This document shows positions 20,349 through 31,291 of a DNA stretch of 64,000 nucleotides, piece after piece (position 1 is the stretch's first letter; each line of letters opens with the position of its first letter). Below the pieces are notes generated by a model. That model saw only the letters and a list, made by a program, of their open reading frames with translations. It ran no database searches and had not been told where the DNA came from. Source of the stretch: Deinococcus sp. (GTDB taxonomy: Bacteria; Deinococcota; Deinococci; Deinococcales; Deinococcaceae); the NCBI GenBank assembly GCA_965261005.1, contig OZ253376.1:32001-96000 (forward strand), written 5' to 3'. The translations under genes were made by a program, and so were the position numbers.

Positions 20349-21425
20349 TTATGAAATGGACCGGGTAGGAATGGACCGGGTGGCCAGCACCTCCTGGTAG
20401 GCGCGCAGGTACCCTTCCACCATGCGCTCCCGCGAGAAGTTGGCCTCGGCGTGGGCGCGCACGGCGGCGCGGTCGAGTTCGGGCAGGGCGCGCACCCGTT
20501 CCACGGCCTGCACCTCGCCGTCCACCAGAAAGCCGCTGACGCCGTCCACGATCAGCTCCGGCATGGCGCCGCGCCGGTAGGCGACGGTCGGCGTGCCGCA
20601 GGCCATCGCCTCGGCGACCGAGAGGCCGAACGGCTCGTCGAAGTGGATCAGGTGCAACAGGCCCAGCGCGCCGCCCAGCAGCGCGTCGCGCTCCTGCGGC
20701 CCCACCGAGCCGACGAAGCGCACGTCCTCACCGAGGTGCGGCTCAACCTCACGCTCAAAGTAGGCGCGGTCCTGCACGATGCCGGCCAAAACAAGAGGCC
20801 GCCCGGCGGCGCGCGCCACCCGGATGGCGTCGGCCGTCCCTTTGTCCGGGTGGATACGGCCGAAGAACAGCAGGCACTCGCCGGCCCGGGACCGAAAGTT
20901 GAACTCCGCGAGGTCGAGGCCGTGGTGAACGGTGGCGAGGTAGCTGAGGTCCGGGTGGCGGTCCGCCCGCGAGATGCTCACAAAGTGCGTTCGCCCGTTG
21001 TAGGCGCGGTAGGCGGGCAGGATGCGCTCCCCCGAGAACCCGTGAATGGTGGTGATGGTCGGCGTCCCCACCAAGCTGGCGTAGGTCAGCGGCAAAAAGT
21101 CGTAGTGGTTGTGGATCAGGTCGAACTCGCCCGCGCGCCCGAAGGCGTGGGCCAGGTGCAGCCCTTCCCACACCTTGGCGTCCATGCCGGGGGTCTCCTC
21201 ATAAGGCGTGGGCACGACCGCGCTGAGGCTGGCCGTGGTGAGCGAGTCCGCCGTGGCGAACAGCGTCACCTTCACGCCGGCCGCCACCAAACCCTCGGTG
21301 AGCAGCGAGACCACCCGCTCCCACGGCCCGTAGTGGCGCGGCGGCACCCGCCACGCGATGGGGGCCAGCATGCCGACGCGCAGCGGACGGCCGTGAAGCG
21401 GGTGGCGGGCCAGCGGGTGAATCAG
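20349..21425 (-). CDS. Glycosyltransferase family 4
   Basis: MLAPIAWRVPPRHYGPWE, FFGRIHPDKG, EPFGLSVAEAMACGTP. Start uncertain: CTG 21425 overlapping the upstream TGA, or ATG 21371. Confidence 0.88.
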   Translation of the reverse strand: MIHPLARHPLHGRPLRVGMLAPIAWRVPPRHYGPWERVVSLLTEGLVAAGVKVTLFATADSLTTASLSAVVPTPYEETPGMDAKVWEGLHLAHAFGRAGEFDLIHNHYDFLPLTYASLVGTPTITTIHGFSGERILPAYRAYNGRTHFVSISRADRHPDLSYLATVHHGLDLAEFNFRSRAGECLLFFGRIHPDKGTADAIRVARAAGRPLVLAGIVQDRAYFEREVEPHLGEDVRFVGSVGPQERDALLGGALGLLHLIHFDEPFGLSVAEAMACGTPTVAYRRGAMPELIVDGVSGFLVDGEVQAVERVRALPELDRAAVRAHAEANFSRERMVEGYLRAYQEVLATRSIPTRSIS

Positions 21426-23683
21426 TCGCCGCCGATGATCTGCCGCGCGCCATCCAGGGCGGTTCCCGCCGCGACAGCCCCCAATTCTGCGGCCCCCAAT
21501 TCCGCCACGCTGAGCCACAGCGCCAGGGTGCTCTCGGCGCCCTGGTTGGCGTTGGCGCGGTCGCGGTGGAGGCCGTCGCGGCTGCCGCCGGTCGCGGCGT
21601 CGTGCAGCGGCAGTTGCAGCGCGTTGCGGCCCAGCAGCCACTCGGCCGCGCGCCGGGCAAAGGTGAGCCACGGCGCGTCGCCGCATGCGCGGTACGCCTC
21701 CGCGCTCGCCGCCACCGCCGCGTAGGCTTCGATGGGCTGGCCGTCCCACAGCGGGCGCGCCTCGCCGCTGCGGTACAGGCGCTCGGAGCCGACCGGCAAA
21801 AAAGCGCCGTCTGGCCCGCTCTGCTGCTCTTCGAGCCAGCGCAGCGCCCCGAGACCAAGCTCCAGCGCGTCCGCGTCCCCGAACACGCGGCCGTAAGCGA
21901 TCAGGCCGTGGGGCAGCTTGGCGTTGCTGTAGCTGAGGTACGGCTCGAACCAGGGCCACGTGGGCGTGGCCATCTCTGCATACAGCCGCCGGAGATTGGC
22001 CGCGTAGCCGCGCGCCAGCGCCGCGCGCCCCCCGTCGTAGCCCACGTGCTCGGCGTGGTCCGAGAGGGCGATCAGCGCGAGGGCCTGTGCCCGCGGGCTT
22101 TCCAAGTTCTCCAGGGCGCCCCAAGCGCGGCCCAGCACCTCGCCCGCCGCGCCGCGCAGGCCGGAATCATTCAGCCGGTGCGCCGCCGCCGCGAGGGCGC
22201 GCACCGCTCGCGCCTGCGCGTTCTCGCCGCCCACGTCGTCCAGCCAGCGGCGGTCGTAGCTCATGAAGTTGTGGAACTTGCCGTTTTCAGGATTCAGGGC
22301 GAAGTGCAAAAAGCCAAGGTAGCGCCGGGCGAGGTCGGAGGCGCGGGGATCACGCTGCGTGAGCGCGACCAGGTGCAGGGCGCGGGCGTTGTCGTCGGTG
22401 GTGTAGCCCTCGTGCGGGTTGGCGACCGCGACCGTCGCGTGCTGCAAGATGCCGGTGCCGTCGGTCAGGGCGGCGACGTGCGCCAAGGTCAGCTTTGGCA
22501 GCGCCAGCGGACGCGCGGGCAGGGCGCGGGCGCGCAGGGCCGCCCCGAACAGGTCGGCGTAGGCCGCGCCCACCGAGGGCCAGCGCATCCCCTCGCCGTA
22601 GGCGCGGGCGCGCGCCTCTATCTCGGCGCGGCGCCCGGGGTCATCCAGCAGGGCAGTCAAGGCTGCGGCCAACGCCGCCGGGTCCCGGAACGGCACCAGC
22701 ACGCCGCGCCCGTCCGCCAGCAGCTCCTCGGCGTGCCAGTACGGCGTGCTGATCACCGCCTTGCCGCTGCCCAGCGCGTAGGCCAGCGTGCCGGACGTGA
22801 TCTGCTCGCGGTTCAGGTAGGGGGTCAAGTAGACGTCCGCCGCCGCGAGAGAACGGGTCAGCTCCTCCAGGTCGCTGAACTTGTCGTCGAAGCGCAGGTG
22901 ATCCGAAACGCCCAACTCGCTTGCCAATTGGACCAGACTTTCGCGGTACGCCTCGCCCTCGCGCTCGCGCAGGTTCGGGTGGGTGGCGCCCAGCACCAGG
23001 TAAGTCAGCTCGGGATGAACCGCCACGACCTCGGGCAGGGCGCGAATGGCGGTCTCGATGCCCTTGTTGGGGGACAGCAAACCGAAGGTGAGAACCACCG
23101 TGCGCCCGGACAACCCCAGCCGCGCCTTTTCGGTCTCCCTGTCGGCCGTCACGTCGGGAATGCCGTGCGGAATCAGCGCGATCTTTTCCCCCGGCACGCC
23201 CTGAGCGCACAGAAAGTCCACCGCCCGCGCGCTCATCACGACCAAGCGGGCCGACAGCGCCGTCAGCTCCTCGACCACGGCCAATTGCTCGGGCGTGTAG
23301 CGCTCCAGCACGGTGTGCAGCGTGGTCACGATGGGGACCTTCACGCGGCGCAGCAGCGTCAGCAGGTAGCTGCCCGCCGGCCCGCCGTAGATACCAAACT
23401 CATGCTGCACGCACAGCACGTCTATGTTCATGGCGTTCAGCTCGTCCGCCGCCCGCGCATACTGGGCGAGGTCATCCTGCTCAATGGTCAGGCGCACCCG
23501 AGACGGGTAGGCGTAGGTATGCCCGTCGTTCATGGCGACCACGAACACGTCGGCGTCCGGGCGCGCCCCCCCAATGGCGTCCGCGAGGTCGGCGCTGAAG
23601 GTGGCGATGCCGCATCGGCGCGGCGTGTGGTTGCCAAGAATGGCGATCCGGTGGTGAAGTTCGCTGCGGCGCGGTGAGGTCAT
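21422..23683 (-). CDS. GT4 glycosyltransferase fused to a C-terminal helical (six-hairpin glycosidase-like) domain
   Basis: PRRCGIATF, QHEFGIYGG, FGLLSPNKGIE, QITSGTL; C-domain GILQHA, GYTTDDNARAL, WDGQPIEA, NQGAESTL. Confidence 0.88.
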   Translation of the reverse strand: MTSPRRSELHHRIAILGNHTPRRCGIATFSADLADAIGGARPDADVFVVAMNDGHTYAYPSRVRLTIEQDDLAQYARAADELNAMNIDVLCVQHEFGIYGGPAGSYLLTLLRRVKVPIVTTLHTVLERYTPEQLAVVEELTALSARLVVMSARAVDFLCAQGVPGEKIALIPHGIPDVTADRETEKARLGLSGRTVVLTFGLLSPNKGIETAIRALPEVVAVHPELTYLVLGATHPNLREREGEAYRESLVQLASELGVSDHLRFDDKFSDLEELTRSLAAADVYLTPYLNREQITSGTLAYALGSGKAVISTPYWHAEELLADGRGVLVPFRDPAALAAALTALLDDPGRRAEIEARARAYGEGMRWPSVGAAYADLFGAALRARALPARPLALPKLTLAHVAALTDGTGILQHATVAVANPHEGYTTDDNARALHLVALTQRDPRASDLARRYLGFLHFALNPENGKFHNFMSYDRRWLDDVGGENAQARAVRALAAAAHRLNDSGLRGAAGEVLGRAWGALENLESPRAQALALIALSDHAEHVGYDGGRAALARGYAANLRRLYAEMATPTWPWFEPYLSYSNAKLPHGLIAYGRVFGDADALELGLGALRWLEEQQSGPDGAFLPVGSERLYRSGEARPLWDGQPIEAYAAVAASAEAYRACGDAPWLTFARRAAEWLLGRNALQLPLHDAATGGSRDGLHRDRANANQGAESTLALWLSVAELGAAELGAVAAGTALDGARQIIGGD

Positions 23684-23970
23684 GGCACTTCCATTTCTGT
23701 GATCGGCCGCTTCGGTGGGAAACGGCGCAACATGTCTATCAGTCTGAACGCCGAGTGTGCGAAATCTCATGAGAAGACGTAAAGCAGGCTTTAGCGATAG
23801 GGCGCCCGTGAAAGCTAGACCGACACTCCCTTCCGCCGCTTCCGACGTCCAACAAGGGGTCGATGTCGCGTGTCCGGAGAAGCACACCCTGACTTTGCGC
23901 GTGAGCGGCGGCGCGAAGTTGACGCTGGACGGCGCCCGGGTGGATTTGGGACGCTGAGCGCCCTTTCCCA

Positions 23971-24408
23971 TCACCCCGGTTGAGGATGGGTCCAGGGATC
24001 GTAGACGGCAACGGGAAAGGGGGCGAAGTCGGCGACGTTGCGCGTCACCAGGGTCAGGCGGTGAACGCTGGCGGTGGCGGCGATCAAGGCGTCCACGGCG
24101 ACGCCGGTGCGGGCGCGGGCGGCGGGCAAGGCCATCAAGCGGCCCCACTCGGTCACCACGCTCAGGTCAACGGGCAGAACACGGCCTCGATAATCAGGCA
24201 GCAGGCGAGCGTCAAGCCAGCTTCGCAAATCGCGGGCACGGCGGGTGTCGCCCGCCAAAGTGATCCCAAGCTCTATCTCGCCGACCGTCATGATGCTGAG
24301 GTGCATGTCGTGCAGAGAATGGGCCTCCAGAAAGGCGGTCAAGCCCGCATGACGCTGTGGCTTGGTGGCCTCGCTGACCACATTTGTGTCGAGGAGATAG
24401 CCGCTCAC
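23971..24408 (-). CDS. vapC: PIN-domain (VapC-like) toxin
   Basis: YLLDTNVVSE, TVGEIELG, DALIAATA, LVTRNVADF; GTG overlaps the antitoxin TGA. Confidence 0.92.
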   Translation of the reverse strand: MSGYLLDTNVVSEATKPQRHAGLTAFLEAHSLHDMHLSIMTVGEIELGITLAGDTRRARDLRSWLDARLLPDYRGRVLPVDLSVVTEWGRLMALPAARARTGVAVDALIAATASVHRLTLVTRNVADFAPFPVAVYDPWTHPQPG

Positions 24409-24665
24409 CAATCGAGGTCGCGGGCGTCTGCGCGCGGGTGGCGGTCGAGTCCGAGGTCGGCGAGGTCAACATCGAGGTCTGGGGCGCCCTCGAAGGTGTC
24501 AAGGGCGCTCCGAACGTTCCCCGTCAAGCGGTCATACTCCTCCGGCGACAGCAGCACGCCCGCCCGCTTGCCGTGGCGCGTGACGACTTGCGGCTCATGC
24601 TCGGCGTCACGGATCAGCTGCGACAGGTGCGCCTTGGCGTCCTCCAGCTTCCAGGTTTTGGTCAT
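24405..24665 (-). CDS. Phd/YefM family antitoxin
   Basis: WKLEDAKAHLSQLI...PQVVTRHGK...LLSPEEYDRL. Confidence 0.92.
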   Translation of the reverse strand: MTKTWKLEDAKAHLSQLIRDAEHEPQVVTRHGKRAGVLLSPEEYDRLTGNVRSALDTFEGAPDLDVDLADLGLDRHPRADARDLDW

Positions 24666-24676
24666 CCCCTCCCCTT

Positions 24677-24700
24677 TCTGGTTGTTCTGTCCAGATTCTA
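24677..24700 (-). promoter_or_regulatory. TA operon -10 box and autorepression palindrome
   Basis: Minus-strand TAGAAT overlapping TCTGG-9 nt-CCAGA, followed by a G-rich RBS. Confidence 0.5.
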
Positions 24701-24754
24701 CAGCGTTGGTCGGGATTCAAGCGGCCAGCCCGCGCCCCGGCGTAGAGTCAGGTC

Positions 24755-25741
24755 ATGAAGATTCTGTTCGTCGGCGGCAGCGGCATTATCAGCTCGGCCT
24801 GCTCGCGCCTCGCCGCAGCGCGCGGCATGGAGCTGTACCTGCTCAACCGGGGCCAAAGTGAGCGCCCGGTCCCGCAGGCAGCCCACCTGTTGCGGGGCGA
24901 CATCCGCGACCGGGCCTCGGCGGAGGAAGCGCTGGGCGACCTCAGCTTCGACGCGGTGGTGAACTGGGTCGCCTTCACGCCGGAGCACGTCCAGGCCGAT
25001 ATGGACCTGCTCAGGGACCGGACGGGGCAGTACGTCTTCATCAGCTCGGCCTCGGCCTACCAGACGCCGCCGGCCAGCCTCCCCATCACGGAGTCCACCC
25101 CGCTGCGCAACCCTTACTGGCAATATTCCCGCGACAAGATCGCCTGCGAGGAGTTGCTGACGCGGGCCTACCGCGACGAGGGCTTTCCCATGACCGTCGT
25201 GCGGCCGTCGCACACCTATGACCGGACGCTGTTGCCGATGGACGGCGGCTACACAGTCGTGGACCGCATGCGGCGCGGGAAACAGGTGATCGTCCACGGT
25301 GACGGCACCTCGCTGTGGACCCTGACCCACCACGACGACTTCGCGCTGGGCTTCGTCGGGTTGCTGGGCAACCCGCACGCCCTCGGCGAGACCTACCAGA
25401 TCACCTCCGATGAGCTGCTGACCTGGAACCAGATCTTCGAGATCGTGGCGCACGCGGCGGGCGCGCGGGCCAGGATCGTCCACGTCCCGTCGGAGACCAT
25501 CGCCGCCTACGACCCTACCTGGGGCGCCGGCCTGCTGGGCGACAAGACCCACAGCGTCATCTTCGACAACGCCAAGATCAAGCGGGCCGTGCCCGAGTAC
25601 ACGGCGACCATCCCCTTCGCGCGCGGGGCCGGGGAGATCATGGCTTGGCACGACGCCGATTCGGCGCGGCAGAAGGTGGACGGGGACTTGGACCAGTTGA
25701 TGGACCGGATCATCGCCGCGCAGGAGGGCGCGCGGCCGTGA
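24755..25741 (+). CDS. NAD-dependent epimerase/dehydratase (extended SDR)
   Basis: ILFVGGSGIIS, LNRG, FISSASAY, YSRDK. Confidence 0.88.
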   Translation: MKILFVGGSGIISSACSRLAAARGMELYLLNRGQSERPVPQAAHLLRGDIRDRASAEEALGDLSFDAVVNWVAFTPEHVQADMDLLRDRTGQYVFISSASAYQTPPASLPITESTPLRNPYWQYSRDKIACEELLTRAYRDEGFPMTVVRPSHTYDRTLLPMDGGYTVVDRMRRGKQVIVHGDGTSLWTLTHHDDFALGFVGLLGNPHALGETYQITSDELLTWNQIFEIVAHAAGARARIVHVPSETIAAYDPTWGAGLLGDKTHSVIFDNAKIKRAVPEYTATIPFARGAGEIMAWHDADSARQKVDGDLDQLMDRIIAAQEGARP

Positions 25742-25793
25742 ACATGGTGGGCGGCGTTCAGCTCGGCACCTAAAGCGTCCACCACCGTTCGCG

Positions 25794-26606
25794 TCAGCCC
25801 TGGTCTGTCGGGGTTGTCTCGCCCATACCGCCTTCGGCCAGCGTATAGACGGCGAGCTTGAGGGCGGGGTCGTCGTTGGCCTGAAAGGTCGCGTATTCGT
25901 AGCGCAGCCGGCCCTCCGACGCATGGTGCAGGCACTTCTGGCCCGAGGTCGCCGGGCGAACGTCGTGGTCTTCCCACCAGGCGGCGAATTCGGGACTGCC
26001 TTCCCGCAGCTCCCCGATCAAGTCGAGAAAGGCCCGGTCCTCGGCCCACAGGTCGAAGGTGGCACGGAACTGGGCCACCATGCGCCGGCCCTCGTCCGCC
26101 CAGCTCGACCCGAACAGCCGCTTGGCCCTGGGGTTCAGAAACATATAGACCAGGATGTTGCCCTCCACCTCATTCGGCTCCTCAAACCCAAACAGGGCCT
26201 GCGCGGCGGCGTTCCAAGCCAAGAGGTCCCAGCGCCGCCCGGTGACATAAGCCGGCCCGGGCAAACTGACCACCAAGCGCCGAATGGCCTCAGGCACCTG
26301 CTCGCGCGCGAAGGCCCGGCGCGCGGGGTCGCGGGCCAGCGCGTTCAGGTGGACCCGTTCGGCCTGGCCGAGGCGCAGCGCGCGGGCGAGGGCTTCCACC
26401 GTGGCGGCCGACGGCCTCACGGCGCGGCCTTGTTCCAGCCGGATATACCAGTCCACGCCGATGCCCGCGAGTTCGGCGACCTCCTCGCGCCGCAAACCCG
26501 GCGTCCTGCGTCTGCGCCCGCCCGCAAGGCCCACGGCCTGAGGGGTCAGCTTTTCGCGCCGCGACCGCAGAAAGTCGCCCAGTCCAGTTCGAATCGCGTC
26601 CGCCAT
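25794..26606 (-). CDS. XRE-HTH/MmyB-like transcriptional regulator
   Basis: FLRSRREKL...RRRTPGLRREEVAELAG...YIRLEQGR; PAYVTGRRWDLLAWN ligand-binding domain. Confidence 0.92.
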   Translation of the reverse strand: MADAIRTGLGDFLRSRREKLTPQAVGLAGGRRRRTPGLRREEVAELAGIGVDWYIRLEQGRAVRPSAATVEALARALRLGQAERVHLNALARDPARRAFAREQVPEAIRRLVVSLPGPAYVTGRRWDLLAWNAAAQALFGFEEPNEVEGNILVYMFLNPRAKRLFGSSWADEGRRMVAQFRATFDLWAEDRAFLDLIGELREGSPEFAAWWEDHDVRPATSGQKCLHHASEGRLRYEYATFQANDDPALKLAVYTLAEGGMGETTPTDQG

Positions 26607-26712
26607 TGCCCCACTGTAGCGCCAAGGTAGGACCCCATGGTCCCAGGATCATCCCGGGCCTGGACGAAGGCGGACGGCCTGAGAAAATATGTCCAGCACA
26701 AGGAGGCTCAAA

Positions 26713-27792
26713 ATGAAAGCTGCCGTGTTGAACGCCTTCGGCTCGCCCCTGGTGACCGAACAGACACCCGACCCCGTGTTGGGCACGGGCGAGGTCATCG
26801 TGGACGTCGTGGCGGCCCCGGTGCTGCCTTACATGAACGAGGTGCTGAGCGGCCAGCGCCAGTACCTGCTGGACCTTCCGCAGGTGCCGGGCGCTGGGGC
26901 CATCGGCCGGGTGCGCGCCCTCGGGCCGGACGCGACACACCTGAGGGTGGGCGACTGGGTGCTGTGCGACCCCACCGTGCGCTCGCGCGACGACGCGCTG
27001 ACGCCCGACATCACCTTGCAGGGCCTGAGCGCCCGCGGCGAGGGCGGCCTGAAGCTGCAACGCTATTACCGGGACGGTTCCTTCGCCGAGCAGATGCGCT
27101 TACCCACCGAAAACGCCATTCCCATCGGCGAGATCAACCCGGCAGACGCGGGGCGCTGGTGCGCGGTAAGCACGGCCCTGGTCCCTTACGGCGGGCTGCT
27201 CGCGGCGGACCTCCAGGCGGGCGAGACGGTGCTGGTCAGCGGGGCCAGCGGGCACTTCGGCGGCGCGGGCGTGGCCGTGGCCCTGGCAATGGGCGCGGGA
27301 TGTGTCGTCGCGCCGGGCCGCAACGAACGGGCGCTCGACGACCTGACGCGGCGCTTCGGGCCTCGTGTGCGGACCGTGCGGCTTTCCGGAACCGAGGAGG
27401 AGGACCGAGAGAAGATGCGCCAAACCGCCCCCGGTCCCATCGACTGCGTGCTGGACATCCTGCCGCCCTCGGCTCCGACCACGGCGGTGCGGGCCGCCGC
27501 GATGACGGTGCGCCAGGGTGGCCGGGTCGTGCTGATGGGCGGCGTCGGCATGTTGGGCGGGGAGGGACTGAACCTGCCCTACCCCTGGATCATGCGAAAC
27601 AACATTCGCGTCATCGGCCAGTGGATGTACCCGAGGGAGGCGAACGTCCGCCTGACCGCCCTGATCAGCGCCGGACTGCTGCAGCTGGACGAGTTCGAGG
27701 TAACGACCTTCAGTCTGGACGACGCCAACGCAGCCGTCGCGTTCGCGGCGGAAAACGGCGGCCCCTTCAGGATGACGGTAATTCAACCCTGA
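26713..27792 (+). CDS. Medium-chain (zinc-binding-type) dehydrogenase/reductase
   Basis: MKAAVL start after AGGAGG; DGSFAEQ and VLVSGASGHFG; divergent from the MmyB-like regulator. Confidence 0.88.
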   Translation: MKAAVLNAFGSPLVTEQTPDPVLGTGEVIVDVVAAPVLPYMNEVLSGQRQYLLDLPQVPGAGAIGRVRALGPDATHLRVGDWVLCDPTVRSRDDALTPDITLQGLSARGEGGLKLQRYYRDGSFAEQMRLPTENAIPIGEINPADAGRWCAVSTALVPYGGLLAADLQAGETVLVSGASGHFGGAGVAVALAMGAGCVVAPGRNERALDDLTRRFGPRVRTVRLSGTEEEDREKMRQTAPGPIDCVLDILPPSAPTTAVRAAAMTVRQGGRVVLMGGVGMLGGEGLNLPYPWIMRNNIRVIGQWMYPREANVRLTALISAGLLQLDEFEVTTFSLDDANAAVAFAAENGGPFRMTVIQP

Positions 27793-27944
27793 GCACGGGG
27801 CCTGAGAGCGGATTGGGCGGGAGGACGAGCGGGAGAACGTCAGCAAAAATCGGCCCCGCATCCGAAAACGGCGCCAACCCCGCCCGCGAAACCCCATCAA
27901 CCTTGCTTTTTGTCGGGCGAAGTGTGAACATGCGGCCAGAATTC

Positions 27945-29883
<1,939 letters not shown>

Positions 29884-29886
29884 GCC

Positions 29887-30486
29887 TCATTCGCACAGCC
29901 GCCGTGCCCGGACCAGCGCTCCGAGCGCGCTCACGGCCGCTTCCGGACGCGGGCCGAAGTTGACCGCGCTGGGATGTGGGCAGCTCAGGACTTGAAACGC
30001 TGGGGACGACCCGTCGGCCACGAACGGCCAGCCCCGCTTGGCTCGGTCGCCCAGCAAAACCACCGCCCGCAACTTTGGCAGCAGGCTCAACAGTTCGCGG
30101 GTGGCGGGGGCAGCTTCTCGCAGCTGCCGCTCCGTTGGCGCCACCACGCCGTCCCCGCTCAGCTGCCACGGCACGCTGTTCCAAAGCAGGACCTTCTTGC
30201 GGTTCAGCCCCGCCAATCTCAAGAGGCAGCTCATGTTCTCGGCGGTCGCGTCCGGGTTGTCGAGCGAAACAAAGCCGGTCGAGCTGACCTTCGGCCCCGG
30301 TGACTCCAGCAGCAGCAGGATGAACGCGCTGACGCCACCGCTCGCCGGGTCGAAGTCGGGCGCCCACAGGCCCGAGCTTTGACGGAGCCGCCCGGCGAAG
30401 GCCGTCAGCGGCGCAATGTGCGCCTCGCTGAGCTGCTCACGCCGCGCCGCGAGAACCGGCGGGTCGGCCAAGGTTCGGGTCTGCAT
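29887..30486 (-). CDS. Uracil-DNA glycosylase superfamily protein
   Basis: PDFDPASGG, LLLESPG, FVSLDNPD, WNSVPW and CPHPS motifs. Confidence 0.8.
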   Translation of the reverse strand: MQTRTLADPPVLAARREQLSEAHIAPLTAFAGRLRQSSGLWAPDFDPASGGVSAFILLLLESPGPKVSSTGFVSLDNPDATAENMSCLLRLAGLNRKKVLLWNSVPWQLSGDGVVAPTERQLREAAPATRELLSLLPKLRAVVLLGDRAKRGWPFVADGSSPAFQVLSCPHPSAVNFGPRPEAAVSALGALVRARRLCE

Positions 30487-30513
30487 GGGTTGAGTCTAGG
30501 CCGAAGGCGGCCC

Positions 30514-31221
30514 CTACAGCGCCGTCAGCTCCCGCACGCTGACGAAGTTCGGGACGCCCAGCGCGCGGGCGCGCTGGGTGGCCGCGCGGCGGTGGTGCGG
30601 CCTGAGCGCGTAGTCGAGAGCGAACACGTCCAGGTTGTGCGCCCGCACCCGCTCCAGCATCGCCCCGGTGTAGGCGAGTTCGTCGGGGCGCAGCTCGCGG
30701 TAGCCGTCTTCCCAGGACGTGGTGAACGACTCGATCAGCACGCCGTTGACGGCGCGGCCCAGTTCGGGCAGCAGATCGAAGCCGCGGTTGGCCAGCAGGT
30801 ACGCTGCCGGAAAGCATTTTCGCAGCGAACGAACCGCGCGCAGCAGCGGCGTCCGCTCGGTGGGAAACAGCACGCTGCCGTCCAGGGTGTCGAGGAACAG
30901 CCCGCTGCAATGCTCCAAGTACTGCCCGGCCTGGTTGTGCAAGTGCGCGCGCCAAGCGGGGTGGCCGACCTTGACGTACCAGGTGTTCCAGGCGGGGTTG
31001 CGCCGCCTGCGCGACCACGCCGACGGCTCCGGGTTGGGGTCCTCACCCACGCTGAGGTACGCGAGAACGTTGACCCCCTGCGCGCGCAGCCACCGCAACT
31101 CGTGTCCCTGGTAGTGGGCCGGCTGCACCACAACCGTGCGGTACGCCACCAGCTTGCTGATGTGTTCGTGGCCGTAATAGACCGCGAAGGATTTTTTGGG
31201 CGTCTCGGAAAGGCTGGGCAT
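30514..31221 (-). CDS. PelA-like alpha-1,4-(N-acetyl)galactosaminidase TIM-barrel domain, stand-alone
   Basis: FAVYYG, LAYLSVGE, GLFLDTLD, ANRGFDLL, GVLIES and FALDY motifs; GGAGG RBS. Confidence 0.78.
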   Translation of the reverse strand: MPSLSETPKKSFAVYYGHEHISKLVAYRTVVVQPAHYQGHELRWLRAQGVNVLAYLSVGEDPNPEPSAWSRRRRNPAWNTWYVKVGHPAWRAHLHNQAGQYLEHCSGLFLDTLDGSVLFPTERTPLLRAVRSLRKCFPAAYLLANRGFDLLPELGRAVNGVLIESFTTSWEDGYRELRPDELAYTGAMLERVRAHNLDVFALDYALRPHHRRAATQRARALGVPNFVSVRELTAL

Positions 31222-31291
31222 GCAATGGCCTCCAAAATGGCGTGGGCGTCCAGGGTGGACCGACTTTCGCGGTCCGCCCCGGAGCGCTTTA

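Noticed and set aside
21566..23677. 703-aa plus-strand ORF and similar long antisense ORFs (e.g. 31196-32881, 47348-49123, 60527-62398)
   Set aside because: Antisense shadows of well-supported genes, expected at high GC; no family motifs.
23800..23960. Short protein-like plus-strand stretch (..HTLTLRVSGGAKLTLDG..)
   Set aside because: No RBS or recognisable family; possibly a gene remnant.
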